DNA of 64,000 nucleotides from an uncultured Candidatus Saccharibacteria bacterium (GCA_947085855.1 CAMTYB010000001.1:564427-628426), one strand, 5' to 3'; shown: positions 18,840 to 29,075, numbered from the stretch's first letter. The notes: generated from the sequence alone by a model not told the origin. Made by a program: numbers and translations.

Positions 18840-19882
18840 AATTATTACCTATGACATTTCATCGTAACTCACTTAAGTTGGCAGGTGTATATCTGACCAT
18901 ATTGATGATCATCAGTTTATTTTTTAGCATCAATGTTTATCAGCTTTCTGTTCAAGAGCTAGATCGAGGTCTGCGTCGGCCGGGCCCAAATTCAGCTATT
19001 AATCGATTACCGGCGGATTCGCCAGGGCGTAACACACTTAACAGTTTCTTGGACGAGCAGGAGGCCCAGTATGAAGCGGCCCAGCAACGAATCTTGCAGC
19101 GCTTGATAGTTGTAAATCTGATTATCCTGGCGTGGGGCGGTGTTTTGAGTTATTACTTTGCTCACCGAACACTTCGCCCAATAGAAGAAGCTCACGAAGC
19201 TCAAAGTCGCTTTACGGCCGATGCCAGCCATGAGCTGCGGACGCCCTTGGCTGCTATGCGTGTAGAGAACGAAGTAGCCTTAATGGATCCTAAACTTACC
19301 GTCAAAAAAGCCAAGCAAGTGCTAGAAAGCAATATCGAGGAACTTGCCAAGCTAACCGAGCTTTCTGCTGGGTTGTTGCGGCTGGCCCAAGTTGAAAAAA
19401 GCGCCCTCATAAGAGAACGCGTAGATATAGATATGGTCGTACAGTCAGCTATAGATCGGGTTATGCCACTGGCTGAAAAGAAAAATATCCTCATTCATGG
19501 CACTGTCGAGCACGGCAAGCTATTGGTTAACGCAGACAAGACAAGCCTCATCGAGGCGTTTGTTACCATTCTTGACAATGCCGTCAAATACAGTCCAGAT
19601 AAGACCGAAGTCACAGTCACAATAGAAGCAGCTAGCAAGGATGTTGTAGTGCGAATCACCGACCAAGGAGTTGGCATTAAGGCAACCGAACTACAACATA
19701 TATTTGATCGCTTTTACCGAGCAGACACCGCTCGCAGCAAGCAAGAAGTTACCGGCTATGGCCTTGGCTTGGCTATAGCGCAGCAAATCGTGCAGCTACA
19801 TGACGGCAACATATCTGTTACCAGTCAACCGGCTAAAGGGAGCGTATTTGTCGTGACGTTACCGCTTGTTAAGCAGAGATAA
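18836..19882 (+). CDS. Sensor histidine kinase
   Basis: Two TM helices; H-box ASHELRTPL, N-box DNAVKYS, G-box GYGLGLAI. Confidence 0.95.
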   Translation: MKLLPMTFHRNSLKLAGVYLTILMIISLFFSINVYQLSVQELDRGLRRPGPNSAINRLPADSPGRNTLNSFLDEQEAQYEAAQQRILQRLIVVNLIILAWGGVLSYYFAHRTLRPIEEAHEAQSRFTADASHELRTPLAAMRVENEVALMDPKLTVKKAKQVLESNIEELAKLTELSAGLLRLAQVEKSALIRERVDIDMVVQSAIDRVMPLAEKKNILIHGTVEHGKLLVNADKTSLIEAFVTILDNAVKYSPDKTEVTVTIEAASKDVVVRITDQGVGIKATELQHIFDRFYRADTARSKQEVTGYGLGLAIAQQIVQLHDGNISVTSQPAKGSVFVVTLPLVKQR

Positions 19883-21074
19883 ACGTTAGAGCGTAACCAG
19901 TTTTACCGGCTCGTCCGGCACGTCCGATTCGGTGAACGTAGTCTTCGTATGCTTCAGGAGCTGAGTAGTTGATAACGTGACTCACGTTAGCTACGTCAAT
20001 ACCACGAGCGGCTACATCGGTAGCAACCAAGATATTTACCTGATCCTGTCGGAAACGGTTAAGAGCGCGTTGTCGATGACCTTGAGTTTTGCCACCGTGG
20101 ATTGCTTCAGTCGCAAAGCCGCGGTCGTATAATTCAGTGTTAAGTCGCTCAACATTTCGCTGTGTTTCGTCAAAAATAATAACCTTCTCAACATCAGGGT
20201 TGACCAACAGGTCGTGTAGTTTATCCATCTTTTCGCTTGTACCACGATAACGAACAACATTTTGATGAACGTTCTCACTGGTAGCACTTGGGCGAATAGA
20301 GATAGTTACTGGATCTGAGGTAAAGCCCCTGATCAATCGTTGGACGCGATCATCCATAGTAGCAGAGAAGAACAATGACTGTCGCTTATCGGCTACGTTG
20401 GTAAGTATTTGAGTCACGTCATCAACAAAGCCCATATCAAGCATGCGGTCAACTTCGTCGAGTACGACGATATTGCACGTATTAAGTTGTAGGGTGCCAC
20501 GTTGGATGTGATCTTTGATACGGCCCGGTGTGCCGATGATAACTCGGGGTTTCTGGCGTAGATCACGCAACTGGTGAACCATACTGGCGCCACCAATGAG
20601 GATAGCACCACGTAGGCCACTGTTTTTGCCAAGTGTACGGCATTCTTGCTCAATTTGCTGAGCGAGCTCACGAGTTGGAGCAACAATCAAAGCTGAGCCT
20701 TGTTTATCTTCCATTAAGCGATGGAGCATTGGTAAAGCAAAGGCAGCCGTTTTACCGGTACCGGTGCTAGCTATGCCAATAACATCCTGGCCGTTAAGAG
20801 CGGCAGGAATAGCTTGGTCTTGAATTGGTGAAGGTACCACAAAGCCCTTTGCAGTTAAGTTAGCTTGCAGCGTATCATTGAGTGCAAAATCTCTAAACTG
20901 ATGTGTTGGTTCGTAAACTTCGACGTCAGCTGCTTTAGCTACTTTAACGAAACGTTCGGGGTTAATGCGTTGTCCAGATCGGCGATTTGAACGGCGGTTT
21001 TGTGATGGTCGGGTGTTACTTTTGTAACGGGTTCGACTAGAGCCATTGCGGCTACTAGAAAAAGAGTAAGACAT
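19869..21074 (-). CDS. DEAD-box RNA helicase
   Basis: Q-motif, GTGKT, PTRELA, DEVD, SAT and HRIGRAGR. Confidence 0.95.
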   Translation of the reverse strand: MSYSFSSSRNGSSRTRYKSNTRPSQNRRSNRRSGQRINPERFVKVAKAADVEVYEPTHQFRDFALNDTLQANLTAKGFVVPSPIQDQAIPAALNGQDVIGIASTGTGKTAAFALPMLHRLMEDKQGSALIVAPTRELAQQIEQECRTLGKNSGLRGAILIGGASMVHQLRDLRQKPRVIIGTPGRIKDHIQRGTLQLNTCNIVVLDEVDRMLDMGFVDDVTQILTNVADKRQSLFFSATMDDRVQRLIRGFTSDPVTISIRPSATSENVHQNVVRYRGTSEKMDKLHDLLVNPDVEKVIIFDETQRNVERLNTELYDRGFATEAIHGGKTQGHRQRALNRFRQDQVNILVATDVAARGIDVANVSHVINYSAPEAYEDYVHRIGRAGRAGKTGYALTFISA

Positions 21075-21216
21075 TGGTATCCTTAAATTTTAAGTTGTTT
21101 TATGCTGATTGTCGGTTGAAATCGAGCAAAACGGCACACAACTCGGATCCAATTAAACAATGTATAGTATAATAACTCAAGAATGAGCTTTTGTCAAGCA
21201 TAAAGTTGATATATAT

Positions 21217-21792
21217 TTACTTATGGATTCCCAGGCGGTGGCGGTGCGACAAAACGATAATCAGGCCGTCAAACAACGCAAAGTAAAGCGGGAAGAGTAT
21301 AGCGGTCAGTGATCGGTCAGGGCTTATGATGACACTCAAAACGCTGGCCACAAAGAAGAAGTACCAGTGGTAAGCTCGCTCACTCGTCTCTTTCTTGATC
21401 GTGCGCCAAATTGTTGGTATACCGCCAATAAAATGCGCCACCAAACTAATAATGAGTCCAAGAAACGGTTCATCCAAAATTGCCCATGCGAGGCCGCTAG
21501 CGACTAAGAGTCCAAGGCTTATTTTTTCGGCTGCGCCAAAAATCCGTGAACCTTTTGAATAGCTAACTGCAAATACAGCTGTATTACCAATCAGCAGGGT
21601 GGCCGCTAATAGTATTGAAGCGGTACTGCCATCACCAAGAAATACACCAGCAAAACTATTGATCCCAAGCAAAAACCAGACACCCCGGCTAAAGAAACTA
21701 GGCTTGTATTGACCGGCAAGCATTTGCCAGACGGCAGAAATATAGGCAGTAATGCCAAGTATAAAAACAAAGCTCAGCAACATTATTTGCAT
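21217..21792 (-). CDS. Hypothetical integral membrane protein
   Basis: About 7 hydrophobic segments; KP..W and PT.W motifs. Confidence 0.7.
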   Translation of the reverse strand: MQIMLLSFVFILGITAYISAVWQMLAGQYKPSFFSRGVWFLLGINSFAGVFLGDGSTASILLAATLLIGNTAVFAVSYSKGSRIFGAAEKISLGLLVASGLAWAILDEPFLGLIISLVAHFIGGIPTIWRTIKKETSERAYHWYFFFVASVLSVIISPDRSLTAILFPLYFALFDGLIIVLSHRHRLGIHK

Positions 21793-21848
21793 GGATATAG
21801 CATAGCAGACCACTGGCTATTTGCAGGAAGCAGCCTATAATACGGGCT

Positions 21849-22160
21849 ATGCCGATTAGCACAACACAGGCTCACCGTTACTTGTTGGCTTTAACTGCCT
21901 TTGTATTGCTTATGGGTACCGTCTTTTATCATTATGTCGAAAAGTTTTCGTGGCTTGATGCTTACTATTTTTGTGTCATCACGTTAGCTACCATTGGCTA
22001 CGGAGATTTCGTCCCCAAGACTGATGCTGGCAAGCTGTTTACCACCTTCTATGTTTTTATTGGTGTCGGTATCATTACAGCTTTTATCACCACCACGCTA
22101 CGCAATCGTGCCGAAAAAGCTATCGAAAAACGCCAAACCAAAGCAAAGCCCAAAAACTAG
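21849..22160 (+). CDS. Minimal two-TM potassium channel (Ion_trans_2)
   Basis: DAYYFCVITLATIGYGD selectivity filter. Confidence 0.92.
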   Translation: MPISTTQAHRYLLALTAFVLLMGTVFYHYVEKFSWLDAYYFCVITLATIGYGDFVPKTDAGKLFTTFYVFIGVGIITAFITTTLRNRAEKAIEKRQTKAKPKN

Positions 22161-22816
22161 TTATAGAGCCAGCGAGCAACACCATCGTGGTGTGAGCAAG
22201 CTCCGCTGCCAGTAGCGGTACTGCGTGTCCCGTCTCGGCAGATTGCTCCGGTACGGGCTCCGGTTGATTGTTGAGTTTGAGTAGGTGCTACATACGTCCC
22301 GACGGTTGTAATTTCGGTGACTGGTTCGACTGTAACTACTTCACGTTTGATGACTTTACTTGTTTCTTTGCCGTCGTTATACGCAACTTCGTAATAGATG
22401 ATTTTTTCACCATTTTTGCCAACCTGAGTAATACTAGTCTTACTGCTTGGTATAGAGGGGTCCTCTTTGCGTTCCTTGCTGAACGCGATTGGTTGTTTTT
22501 CTTCAACTTCTTTCGTTTCTGCCTTTGGTGCAACTTGTTTAGCTTCATTTGCCTGATTTTTTTGTCCTTGAATAAGGCTCGATTCTTTCTGAGCTTTTTC
22601 GCGCGCCAGACGAGCCTGTTTAACGTCGGCTGGTTCGGTTGCAGAAATAATGAGACCGCAGGCTACGAACAAGGCAAAGCCACTGATAGCAATCATTTTT
22701 CGAGTTGTACGACTTCTCAGTAATTTGCGCCACATCTTAGGTTTAATGAGGCCCCAGACTGTCAGGACCATAACTGCAAATAAAGCCAACGTAGTCAGGT
22801 AGTAAGCAATTTCCAT
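22157..22816 (-). CDS. Membrane protein with a G5 domain and a C-terminal DUF3761-like Cys/His domain
   Basis: QVGKNG..EPVTEITTVGT (G5) and GAICRDGTRS..GACSHHDGV. Confidence 0.8.
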   Translation of the reverse strand: MEIAYYLTTLALFAVMVLTVWGLIKPKMWRKLLRSRTTRKMIAISGFALFVACGLIISATEPADVKQARLAREKAQKESSLIQGQKNQANEAKQVAPKAETKEVEEKQPIAFSKERKEDPSIPSSKTSITQVGKNGEKIIYYEVAYNDGKETSKVIKREVVTVEPVTEITTVGTYVAPTQTQQSTGARTGAICRDGTRSTATGSGACSHHDGVARWLYN

Positions 22817-22821
22817 AGATG

Positions 22822-23616
22822 TTAGTAAATATCTCGTTTGCTAAAGATACGCCAAGCGATGACATAGCCAATACCAAGTACTACCAAGAAGAAAATTATA
22901 TTTCTCCACTCATACGTGCCGCGCAAAATGGCCTCAGATTGATAATAATGAAATGGAAAAATTTTACTTGGTATCTCGAGCCAATCAATCGTTCCAGCCA
23001 GTGAGCTGACAATATAGCCACCCAAAGCAAAGACCGAAGCAACGCCCATACTAGCAGATCGAACTTTGCCAAACGATGTTAATAGGAGCGCAACGACACC
23101 AAAACTAAGCGCTAGTAGCCAGCACACGAATGTCACTTCAGTCAGTCGAACAATAGCTATATCGATATCAACGGCTATAGCCGTAAAAATGGTTAGTGCT
23201 AGAGAAATGAGTGTAACGATGGTAACAATTGCAACAGCTGCCATGGTTTTACCAGCTAGCAAGCGAGCCCTGGAAACAGGTCGAGCCAATAATGATTCTA
23301 TGGTATGATCCTGCTCTTCACGGGCTAGAATACTCGAACCCAAGCCGATAGCTAAAATACCCAACAACAGGGGCATCATAATGAAAAATATCTGACTATT
23401 CAGAAATCCAACAGGCGAAAAGAAGTCAGTACTGCCACCAAAAAGTTGAACTGCCGTATCGGGCAGATTTTCGAAGCTTTTCTGGAGTTCGCCAGCTTGA
23501 TCTTTGAAGCTCGGGTACAGCGCCATATTAATGAAAATGAAGAATGCTACACCAACCGACCACCACATGGTGCTCCAGCGTCGTTGCCACAAGGTCCATT
23601 TAGCAATTGCAAACAT
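22822..23616 (-). CDS. ABC-2 transporter permease
   Basis: AREEQDHTIESLLARPVSR motif, 6 TM; coupled to the ATPase gene. Confidence 0.88.
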   Translation of the reverse strand: MFAIAKWTLWQRRWSTMWWSVGVAFFIFINMALYPSFKDQAGELQKSFENLPDTAVQLFGGSTDFFSPVGFLNSQIFFIMMPLLLGILAIGLGSSILAREEQDHTIESLLARPVSRARLLAGKTMAAVAIVTIVTLISLALTIFTAIAVDIDIAIVRLTEVTFVCWLLALSFGVVALLLTSFGKVRSASMGVASVFALGGYIVSSLAGTIDWLEIPSKIFPFHYYQSEAILRGTYEWRNIIFFLVVLGIGYVIAWRIFSKRDIY

Positions 23617-24545
23617 CAGCGTGCCTTTTCCTTATAAAAATGAATGAAGGCTTCTTCGAGGTCAAGGTTGTGGGCGTCAATGCTGCGGACTTCGTGCTGA
23701 GCCAAGACTGCAAACAAATGAGATAACTTGCCATTGATGTGGACTCGAACCTGTGAGTTATTGTGGCTGACAATTTTTAGGCCCTTAATCTTCTTTAAGT
23801 CTACAAGTGGCGCTGTTTTGCTAAAGACGATGTCAAACGTTTGTGCTGCGTCATAAGCCATCTCCGAGATATCTTTCTCGGCAATTAATTCGCCTTCGCG
23901 GATAATGCCTACTTTGTCGCAAATTTTCTGTACCTCACTGAGGACGTGACTACTCATAAAAATAGTGGCTTGGCGCTGCTTGGCCTCGCGAATCAGCTCA
24001 AAGAATGTTTCCTGGACGAGAGGATCGAGGCCACTGGTTGGCTCGTCCAAAATCAGGATACTTGGTTTGTGCATAAAGGCCTGAACAATGCCGATTTTTT
24101 GACGATTACCACGAGAAAGTTCTCCGAGTGGCCGGTCAAGGTTAGCTTGCAAGCGCTTGGCGAGCGTACGGGTATAGTGCTTGTCACAGGAGCCCTGTAG
24201 CTCGCTGAGATAAGAAATATACTGCCGGCCCGTCATCTTGGGATACAAGGCTAGGTCGCCCGACAGAAAGCCGACTGACTGCCTGACCTGTAGGCTCTGT
24301 GCGTCAATATCATAGCCATTGATAGTGGCACTGCCGCTGGTTGGCTTGATGAAGCCCATCAGGGTCCGAATCGCGGTAGATTTACCAGCTCCATTCGGAC
24401 CCAAAAAGCCATAGACTTCGCCGGGATATAACTGGAGGGACAAGTTTTTTAAGGAAAATCTGTCTACGCCAGGATATTGCTTGCTAAGTTTGTTGATTTT
24501 TACTGATGGGATAGCGTCGTTCGACGCTGCTTTTACTTTGTTCAT
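23616..24545 (-). CDS. ABC transporter ATP-binding protein
   Basis: GPNGAGKS, LSRGNRQ, ILDEPTSGLD and SSH motifs. Confidence 0.93.
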   Translation of the reverse strand: MNKVKAASNDAIPSVKINKLSKQYPGVDRFSLKNLSLQLYPGEVYGFLGPNGAGKSTAIRTLMGFIKPTSGSATINGYDIDAQSLQVRQSVGFLSGDLALYPKMTGRQYISYLSELQGSCDKHYTRTLAKRLQANLDRPLGELSRGNRQKIGIVQAFMHKPSILILDEPTSGLDPLVQETFFELIREAKQRQATIFMSSHVLSEVQKICDKVGIIREGELIAEKDISEMAYDAAQTFDIVFSKTAPLVDLKKIKGLKIVSHNNSQVRVHINGKLSHLFAVLAQHEVRSIDAHNLDLEEAFIHFYKEKAR

Positions 24546-24579
24546 CTGGATAGTGAGCTCATGAAAGAGCGGAATCTGA

Positions 24580-25152
24580 CTATTTCTTGTCGTCTTCACT
24601 GCCTTTGAGGGCAGCTTCAATCACATCACGAGGCAATGCAGCGGTTGAAAGTAGCGCATTACGGACGGTGTTTGTTGCATCGCCACCGACGCTGGTTGCA
24701 GCATCAAGTGCGCCACCGACGGCTGCTTTAGCAGCTTCTGAAGTATCGGCACCAACATCGCCAGCTGACTTGATGGCAGCTTGTACGGTGTTTACGGCAG
24801 CTGTGCCGACGTCACCGCCGGTTTCAGCGGTAGCCTGAACGATACCTTGAGCAGCACCGCGAACGGCTCCAATCACGTCGCCACCGACTTGGCCTGTACC
24901 TTGTACGACACCACTGATGGTACCAAAAATGGTATCTGTGGCAGTGCCACCGACTTGGCCAGCACCTTTTATGGCGCCACTGGCAACTGAAGCAACTGCT
25001 TCTATGCCGGCACCAGCGACTTCGCCGCTACCTTGCAAAACATTAATCACTTGGCCTTTTACAGTTCCGGTCACTGCATCCAGAATGTTGTCTACGCCAT
25101 TAACAGCTGCTGCTACGGCATCGGTTGCTTCTTGAATTACTCTTGCTAACAT
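24580..25152 (-). CDS. Gly/Ala/Val/Thr-rich repetitive hypothetical protein
   Basis: Recurring G-A/V-x-x-G-x-x-Q/E-V-G-G units; plausible RBS upstream. Confidence 0.65.
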   Translation of the reverse strand: MLARVIQEATDAVAAAVNGVDNILDAVTGTVKGQVINVLQGSGEVAGAGIEAVASVASGAIKGAGQVGGTATDTIFGTISGVVQGTGQVGGDVIGAVRGAAQGIVQATAETGGDVGTAAVNTVQAAIKSAGDVGADTSEAAKAAVGGALDAATSVGGDATNTVRNALLSTAALPRDVIEAALKGSEDDKK

Positions 25153-25222
25153 GTTTGAACCCCTTTGATTTTTATTTTAGTGGTACTAAATAAACAATAG
25201 CATATATTACGATTTGTCAAAA

Positions 25223-26071
25223 TCATTGACAGTAATCACTACTGGTTTCTTTGGCGCCACCCCGAGAGGGAAGACCACTTGCAATTACCTTGTCGTTACC
25301 CTGTAGATGGTCAAACCAGCAGAGTGCAAAGAAAGACTGCTCTTTATCAGAAATACGTGGTGCGTCAGTTTTGTAGAGGCTTGTCTTTGAGGCAGCATTG
25401 GGAGATCGTAAATCATATACACCAAGATCAAAAAAGGCATTTTTATTGTGCTTGATGCCAATAGTAGTAGCTATGAGGGTACCCTTTTTAACCAGCGGGT
25501 TGTCGTCAAATTTGTACGTTCGTGAATCATCGACTTTTGGTTCGGGCAGTTTTGCAGCATAGCCAGCAAATTCATCTGTTAGGGTGCCCAGGTGGTCGAG
25601 TCGATACATGACCCCACAGGAGTCCATAAAATCAAACATATACTGCACTTCATTGTCTTGAATGTAGCGTGAGCCACGATACAAGTACGCGTCCCGAATG
25701 GCTGTAACGTCAACGATGTTATTCGAACTATCGCTCATAGCCAGGCCCCCATGCGGCTTAAAGTCGGTGCCACGCATTTGACCGGGCATGAGCCTGGCGT
25801 TGGCTTTTGATATATCCATTGGTGAGCTAATTGCCAGCGGTTCCTCGCACTTGGGTGCAGAGCCCATTGCCTTCCAGCTTTCGCCATTAAAGCTCCATTC
25901 TACAAAACCAGCTTCCTTGGTGCTAGCTGGTGTAGATGTCTGAGAAGTTGGTTTTCTTTCCGTATTCAGGACTCGCCAAGCTGCAAAGCCGACTATGCCA
26001 GAAGCGATTACAATGATTAAGATCAAGCCCAAATGGGCGACACCCGCTTCGTTATGTCTGTATTTGGCCAT
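25223..26071 (-). CDS. Secreted protein with a pilin-like N-terminus and a degenerate M23-like fold
   Basis: NEAGVAH followed by a hydrophobic helix; PHGG, YRLDHL and VKKGTLIA resemble M23/hybrid motifs. Confidence 0.6.
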   Translation of the reverse strand: MAKYRHNEAGVAHLGLILIIVIASGIVGFAAWRVLNTERKPTSQTSTPASTKEAGFVEWSFNGESWKAMGSAPKCEEPLAISSPMDISKANARLMPGQMRGTDFKPHGGLAMSDSSNNIVDVTAIRDAYLYRGSRYIQDNEVQYMFDFMDSCGVMYRLDHLGTLTDEFAGYAAKLPEPKVDDSRTYKFDDNPLVKKGTLIATTIGIKHNKNAFFDLGVYDLRSPNAASKTSLYKTDAPRISDKEQSFFALCWFDHLQGNDKVIASGLPSRGGAKETSSDYCQ

Positions 26072-26135
26072 AGTATTGCCAACTATAAATCTTTAATGTG
26101 GCAAATACAACACATTTAAGCTGAGCTTAATGGTT

Positions 26136-26579
26136 TCAACGCTTGAGTAGATGATAAATATCAAGCGCGAGCGTCACAAGGGCGATTGGTAGGAGGAAAA
26201 TGAACATAAAAGCATGGCCAATGTTTAGGCCGGCTCCGCCGAAGAATATGGACAAGGAGAGGATTATAACGCACGGTAGGAGTGCTAAAACGTTGAACCA
26301 AAAGAGGCCAGAGTGGACATATTTTCGCCAGCCAGTCTCTGGTTTTTTGGGCTGAGCGGCGATAACTTTGTCTTGTGTGCGAGCATATTTCAAAAGAAAA
26401 ACTATATCAAGGAATACCGTGATGATAGCCGGAAATACGAGGAAATTAAAAACGCTTACCAAGTTTTTGTCTTCCGGTGCAACTTTACCTGAGTCAGGCT
26501 CTACTACGTAGAATAAAATTACTGCCGGGATTACAAACAACACATTGAGTAAAATGAGCATTAAAAGCTTGCGGTTCAT
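26136..26579 (-). CDS. Hypothetical membrane protein (two similar TM pairs)
   Basis: 4 TM; repeated NVL..P and P..I..LDI motifs. Confidence 0.65.
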   Translation of the reverse strand: MNRKLLMLILLNVLFVIPAVILFYVVEPDSGKVAPEDKNLVSVFNFLVFPAIITVFLDIVFLLKYARTQDKVIAAQPKKPETGWRKYVHSGLFWFNVLALLPCVIILSLSIFFGGAGLNIGHAFMFIFLLPIALVTLALDIYHLLKR

Positions 26580-26603
26580 TGTAATTTATTTAAACACGTT
26601 CCT

Positions 26604-27425
26604 CTATGCTACGCGACACTTTATGCTGTCCAGAACTGTATTCCGCGGACTCCCTAATGCGACTTGCGTGACTAAGTGGGTGGTGGAGTGAACTCGGTCT
26701 GATCTACTTGGCAATACGCTTAAGGGTGCGAAGAAGCTAATTTTATTATCGAGCTCCGTTGACCCGTCTGGCTTAACTATACTGGCCCCAATCTGTGCTG
26801 TGCAATTCACAGGCAATTTAGACGAATTTGACCTTGGATTGAAGTCATAAGCATTCTCCGGTCCATCGTATAGGATGACGAAGAGATTGCTGGCTTCGCT
26901 GTGTTTGCGTAGTCGGATCATTCGAGCGCCGTACGAACCCCCATGGGGGCCTTCTGAACGAGTATTCAAGCGAATGTGAACTATTTCATCTTCCAAAACA
27001 TGGCCAAGGTCAAAGTAATGACCTTCTGCGGCTTGTTGCTCAATAATATCTTTGCGTTCATTTTTTCGGGTCTCCCGCTGGACTTTTTTAGCAGCGCTTT
27101 GCAGAGCTCCTAACACGGTTTCGTCATCAAAGCGTTCAGCGTACATGCTCAACAATGTTTCAGGTGGTAGTTCGCCTAGCTTTGCTTCAATATGCTGCTG
27201 GACCATACCCTCTTCGACGTCTTTCATGGCTCTGTCAAAAGCGGCGTCCATATCTTCGGCGTCAACTTGTTCAGTGCGCTGTTCCACCCGCTCTTTGAGT
27301 GCCTCTGCGATAGGTATGAAAGGCTCAGCGCTAGTGTATATAGTGCGCATTCGCTCGGTTTCATCTGCAAGCCGACCATTCTCAATCTCAAGATCTTCTA
27401 TATATCTCGCTTTTCTACCAAACAC
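26604..27425 (-). CDS. Hypothetical protein with an N-terminal coiled coil
   Basis: 273-aa ORF directly downstream of the IMP cyclohydrolase. Confidence 0.6.
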   Translation of the reverse strand: MFGRKARYIEDLEIENGRLADETERMRTIYTSAEPFIPIAEALKERVEQRTEQVDAEDMDAAFDRAMKDVEEGMVQQHIEAKLGELPPETLLSMYAERFDDETVLGALQSAAKKVQRETRKNERKDIIEQQAAEGHYFDLGHVLEDEIVHIRLNTRSEGPHGGSYGARMIRLRKHSEASNLFVILYDGPENAYDFNPRSNSSKLPVNCTAQIGASIVKPDGSTELDNKISFFAPLSVLPSRSDRVHSTTHLVTQVALGSPRNTVLDSIKCRVA

Positions 27426-27433
27426 AACGATTC

Positions 27434-28216
27434 CTAGGCGGTTTCGTCGAGTTGATTGATGACGCTTACTCGAGCTTCACCAGTTTTCCGACTAATACTT
27501 TTGACGGCAATAGCAACGCGATTATCGGTATCGAGTACTTCCCACAAAGCTTCGGCAGTTGACCTGGCTGTGTTGGCAACAGGAACTGGGTACGGATTGC
27601 CCTCGAATGATGGGAGCGGGTTGCCATCACCTTCATAGGTGTGTACGCATAAGCCGGCGCCGGCAGGCAGTTCGTCTAAATCGCCTCGAGTCATCGTACG
27701 AACCGAATTTCCGGTTAAGCCGTCTCGAGTGATGATAGAAAAGCCATACGCGCCCCGGAGCGCTATGTAGCCGCTAATGCGTGGTGTGTAGTTAGGTGCG
27801 TCTGGTTCGTAATCCCAGCCCATGAGGGCTTTGCTAAACTGCCCACCATGCTCTGAAAGCGGGAGCGCTTTATTGAGGCTCGCGGCTATGCTATCTGTTT
27901 GGTGGCCGTTTGAGACTACATGAACAGCCTCTCCGTTGCTGGCCTCGGTCATAGCCTTGTAGATGATCAAACTTGGGTCAGTAACTCTGCTTGGATCATG
28001 AGCTTGTGTAGATACGTTGTCATTTGCGTCAATCTCAAAGATGCGGTTGCGTGAATTTTCACTGCGTCCCATTACCCAATAGGCTTGCAGATACCGTTCG
28101 CCGTCCTCGCTTAGACCCTGGACAATACCTCGTCCGGGGTAGGGGTTGGTTTGCAGGTATTCTTGATTTGCTGCTAAATGCTCTGACTCAAAGCCTTCAT
28201 ACGTTCTTGTCATCAT
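27434..28216 (-). CDS. IMP cyclohydrolase (PurO-like)
   Basis: NPYPGRGI, AYWVMGRSENSRNR, VSNGHQTD, YEPDAPNYTPRISG and HTY..DGNPLPSF motifs. Confidence 0.88.
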   Translation of the reverse strand: MMTRTYEGFESEHLAANQEYLQTNPYPGRGIVQGLSEDGERYLQAYWVMGRSENSRNRIFEIDANDNVSTQAHDPSRVTDPSLIIYKAMTEASNGEAVHVVSNGHQTDSIAASLNKALPLSEHGGQFSKALMGWDYEPDAPNYTPRISGYIALRGAYGFSIITRDGLTGNSVRTMTRGDLDELPAGAGLCVHTYEGDGNPLPSFEGNPYPVPVANTARSTAEALWEVLDTDNRVAIAVKSISRKTGEARVSVINQLDETA

Positions 28217-28281
28217 GACCTCCTAGTACTAAAGAGTATTCATGCAAAATCTATTGATTGCAAGCATAAGCGCAAAAAGAT

Positions 28282-28533
28282 TTAACTGTACTTGAGTTTT
28301 AAGTAAAAGACCGAGAGCGCCATTACCAAGGTAATGCTGCTCATTATTACCAAAGAGTAACTGGAGATTAGTAGTCCATAGATAATCCAAGCAATTTGTC
28401 CGGCAAGACTTGTAATGCTCCAACCCAAAGAAATATCGTGCGTAGACTTAGTCTTCCACGACTTTAATACTTGGGGCAAGAGAGAGCTCGCCACCAGTAT
28501 CCCAGCAATGAAGCCAACAATCTCTGCGTTCAT
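28282..28533 (-). CDS. SemiSWEET / PQ-loop transporter
   Basis: LPQVLKSWKTKSTHDIS; 3 TM; 83 aa. Confidence 0.88.
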   Translation of the reverse strand: MNAEIVGFIAGILVASSLLPQVLKSWKTKSTHDISLGWSITSLAGQIAWIIYGLLISSYSLVIMSSITLVMALSVFYLKLKYS

Positions 28534-28555
28534 TTACAGATTTATTTCTGTGCGG

Positions 28556-28762
28556 TTAGGCACTAAAAGCTTGTAGCACGTTATAGACTAAAATAGCTGG
28601 CCAAACGGCAGCTTTGAACAGGGCTTCTATAATATTCCAGAAGCCATCAACTTGGTTTACAAAGTAAACCGCTGCGCCAATAAAAGTCATGAACATTGGG
28701 TAGCCCAATGGTCCACCGGTCTTGTTATCGACCTTTATAAAATTCTTTTCATTCTTTCCCAT
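28556..28762 (-). CDS. Small membrane protein
   Basis: FIGAAVYF..GFW..KAAVWPA.LVY pattern. Confidence 0.65.
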   Translation of the reverse strand: MGKNEKNFIKVDNKTGGPLGYPMFMTFIGAAVYFVNQVDGFWNIIEALFKAAVWPAILVYNVLQAFSA

Positions 28763-28824
28763 ACCTACATTTAAGCATAGTTAGAACGAAACTATTAGTC
28801 AGCGCCAGAGGAAATTACGGAACG

Positions 28825-29073
28825 TTAACGCACCTTGAGCATCAGTCGCAAGTTGGATAGATAATGTGCTGGGTCAACTTGCGGATGTCTTTTTAGATAA
28901 TTCAAATGTCCTTGCACAAACGGGACAGCATTGTCAGGGTACGTATCGGTGTCGGCACTATACCCAGGCATCGTACGAAAGGAATCATCCTTAAGGAGTG
29001 CCTGGAGCTCTTGCGTAACCTCTAGTTCCTGCATAAAACGTTTCATCTTTAATTTCATATACGCTGACGACAT
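28825..29073 (-). CDS. Hypothetical protein
   Basis: 82-aa ORF, F...HLNYL..HP.VDP.HYLSNLRLM. Confidence 0.65.
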   Translation of the reverse strand: MSSAYMKLKMKRFMQELEVTQELQALLKDDSFRTMPGYSADTDTYPDNAVPFVQGHLNYLKRHPQVDPAHYLSNLRLMLKVR

Positions 29074-29075
29074 AA

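Noticed and set aside
28217-28281. ZMP/ZTP riboswitch expected upstream of the IMP cyclohydrolase
   Set aside because: The intergenic gap is only about 65 nt and lacks the aptamer motifs
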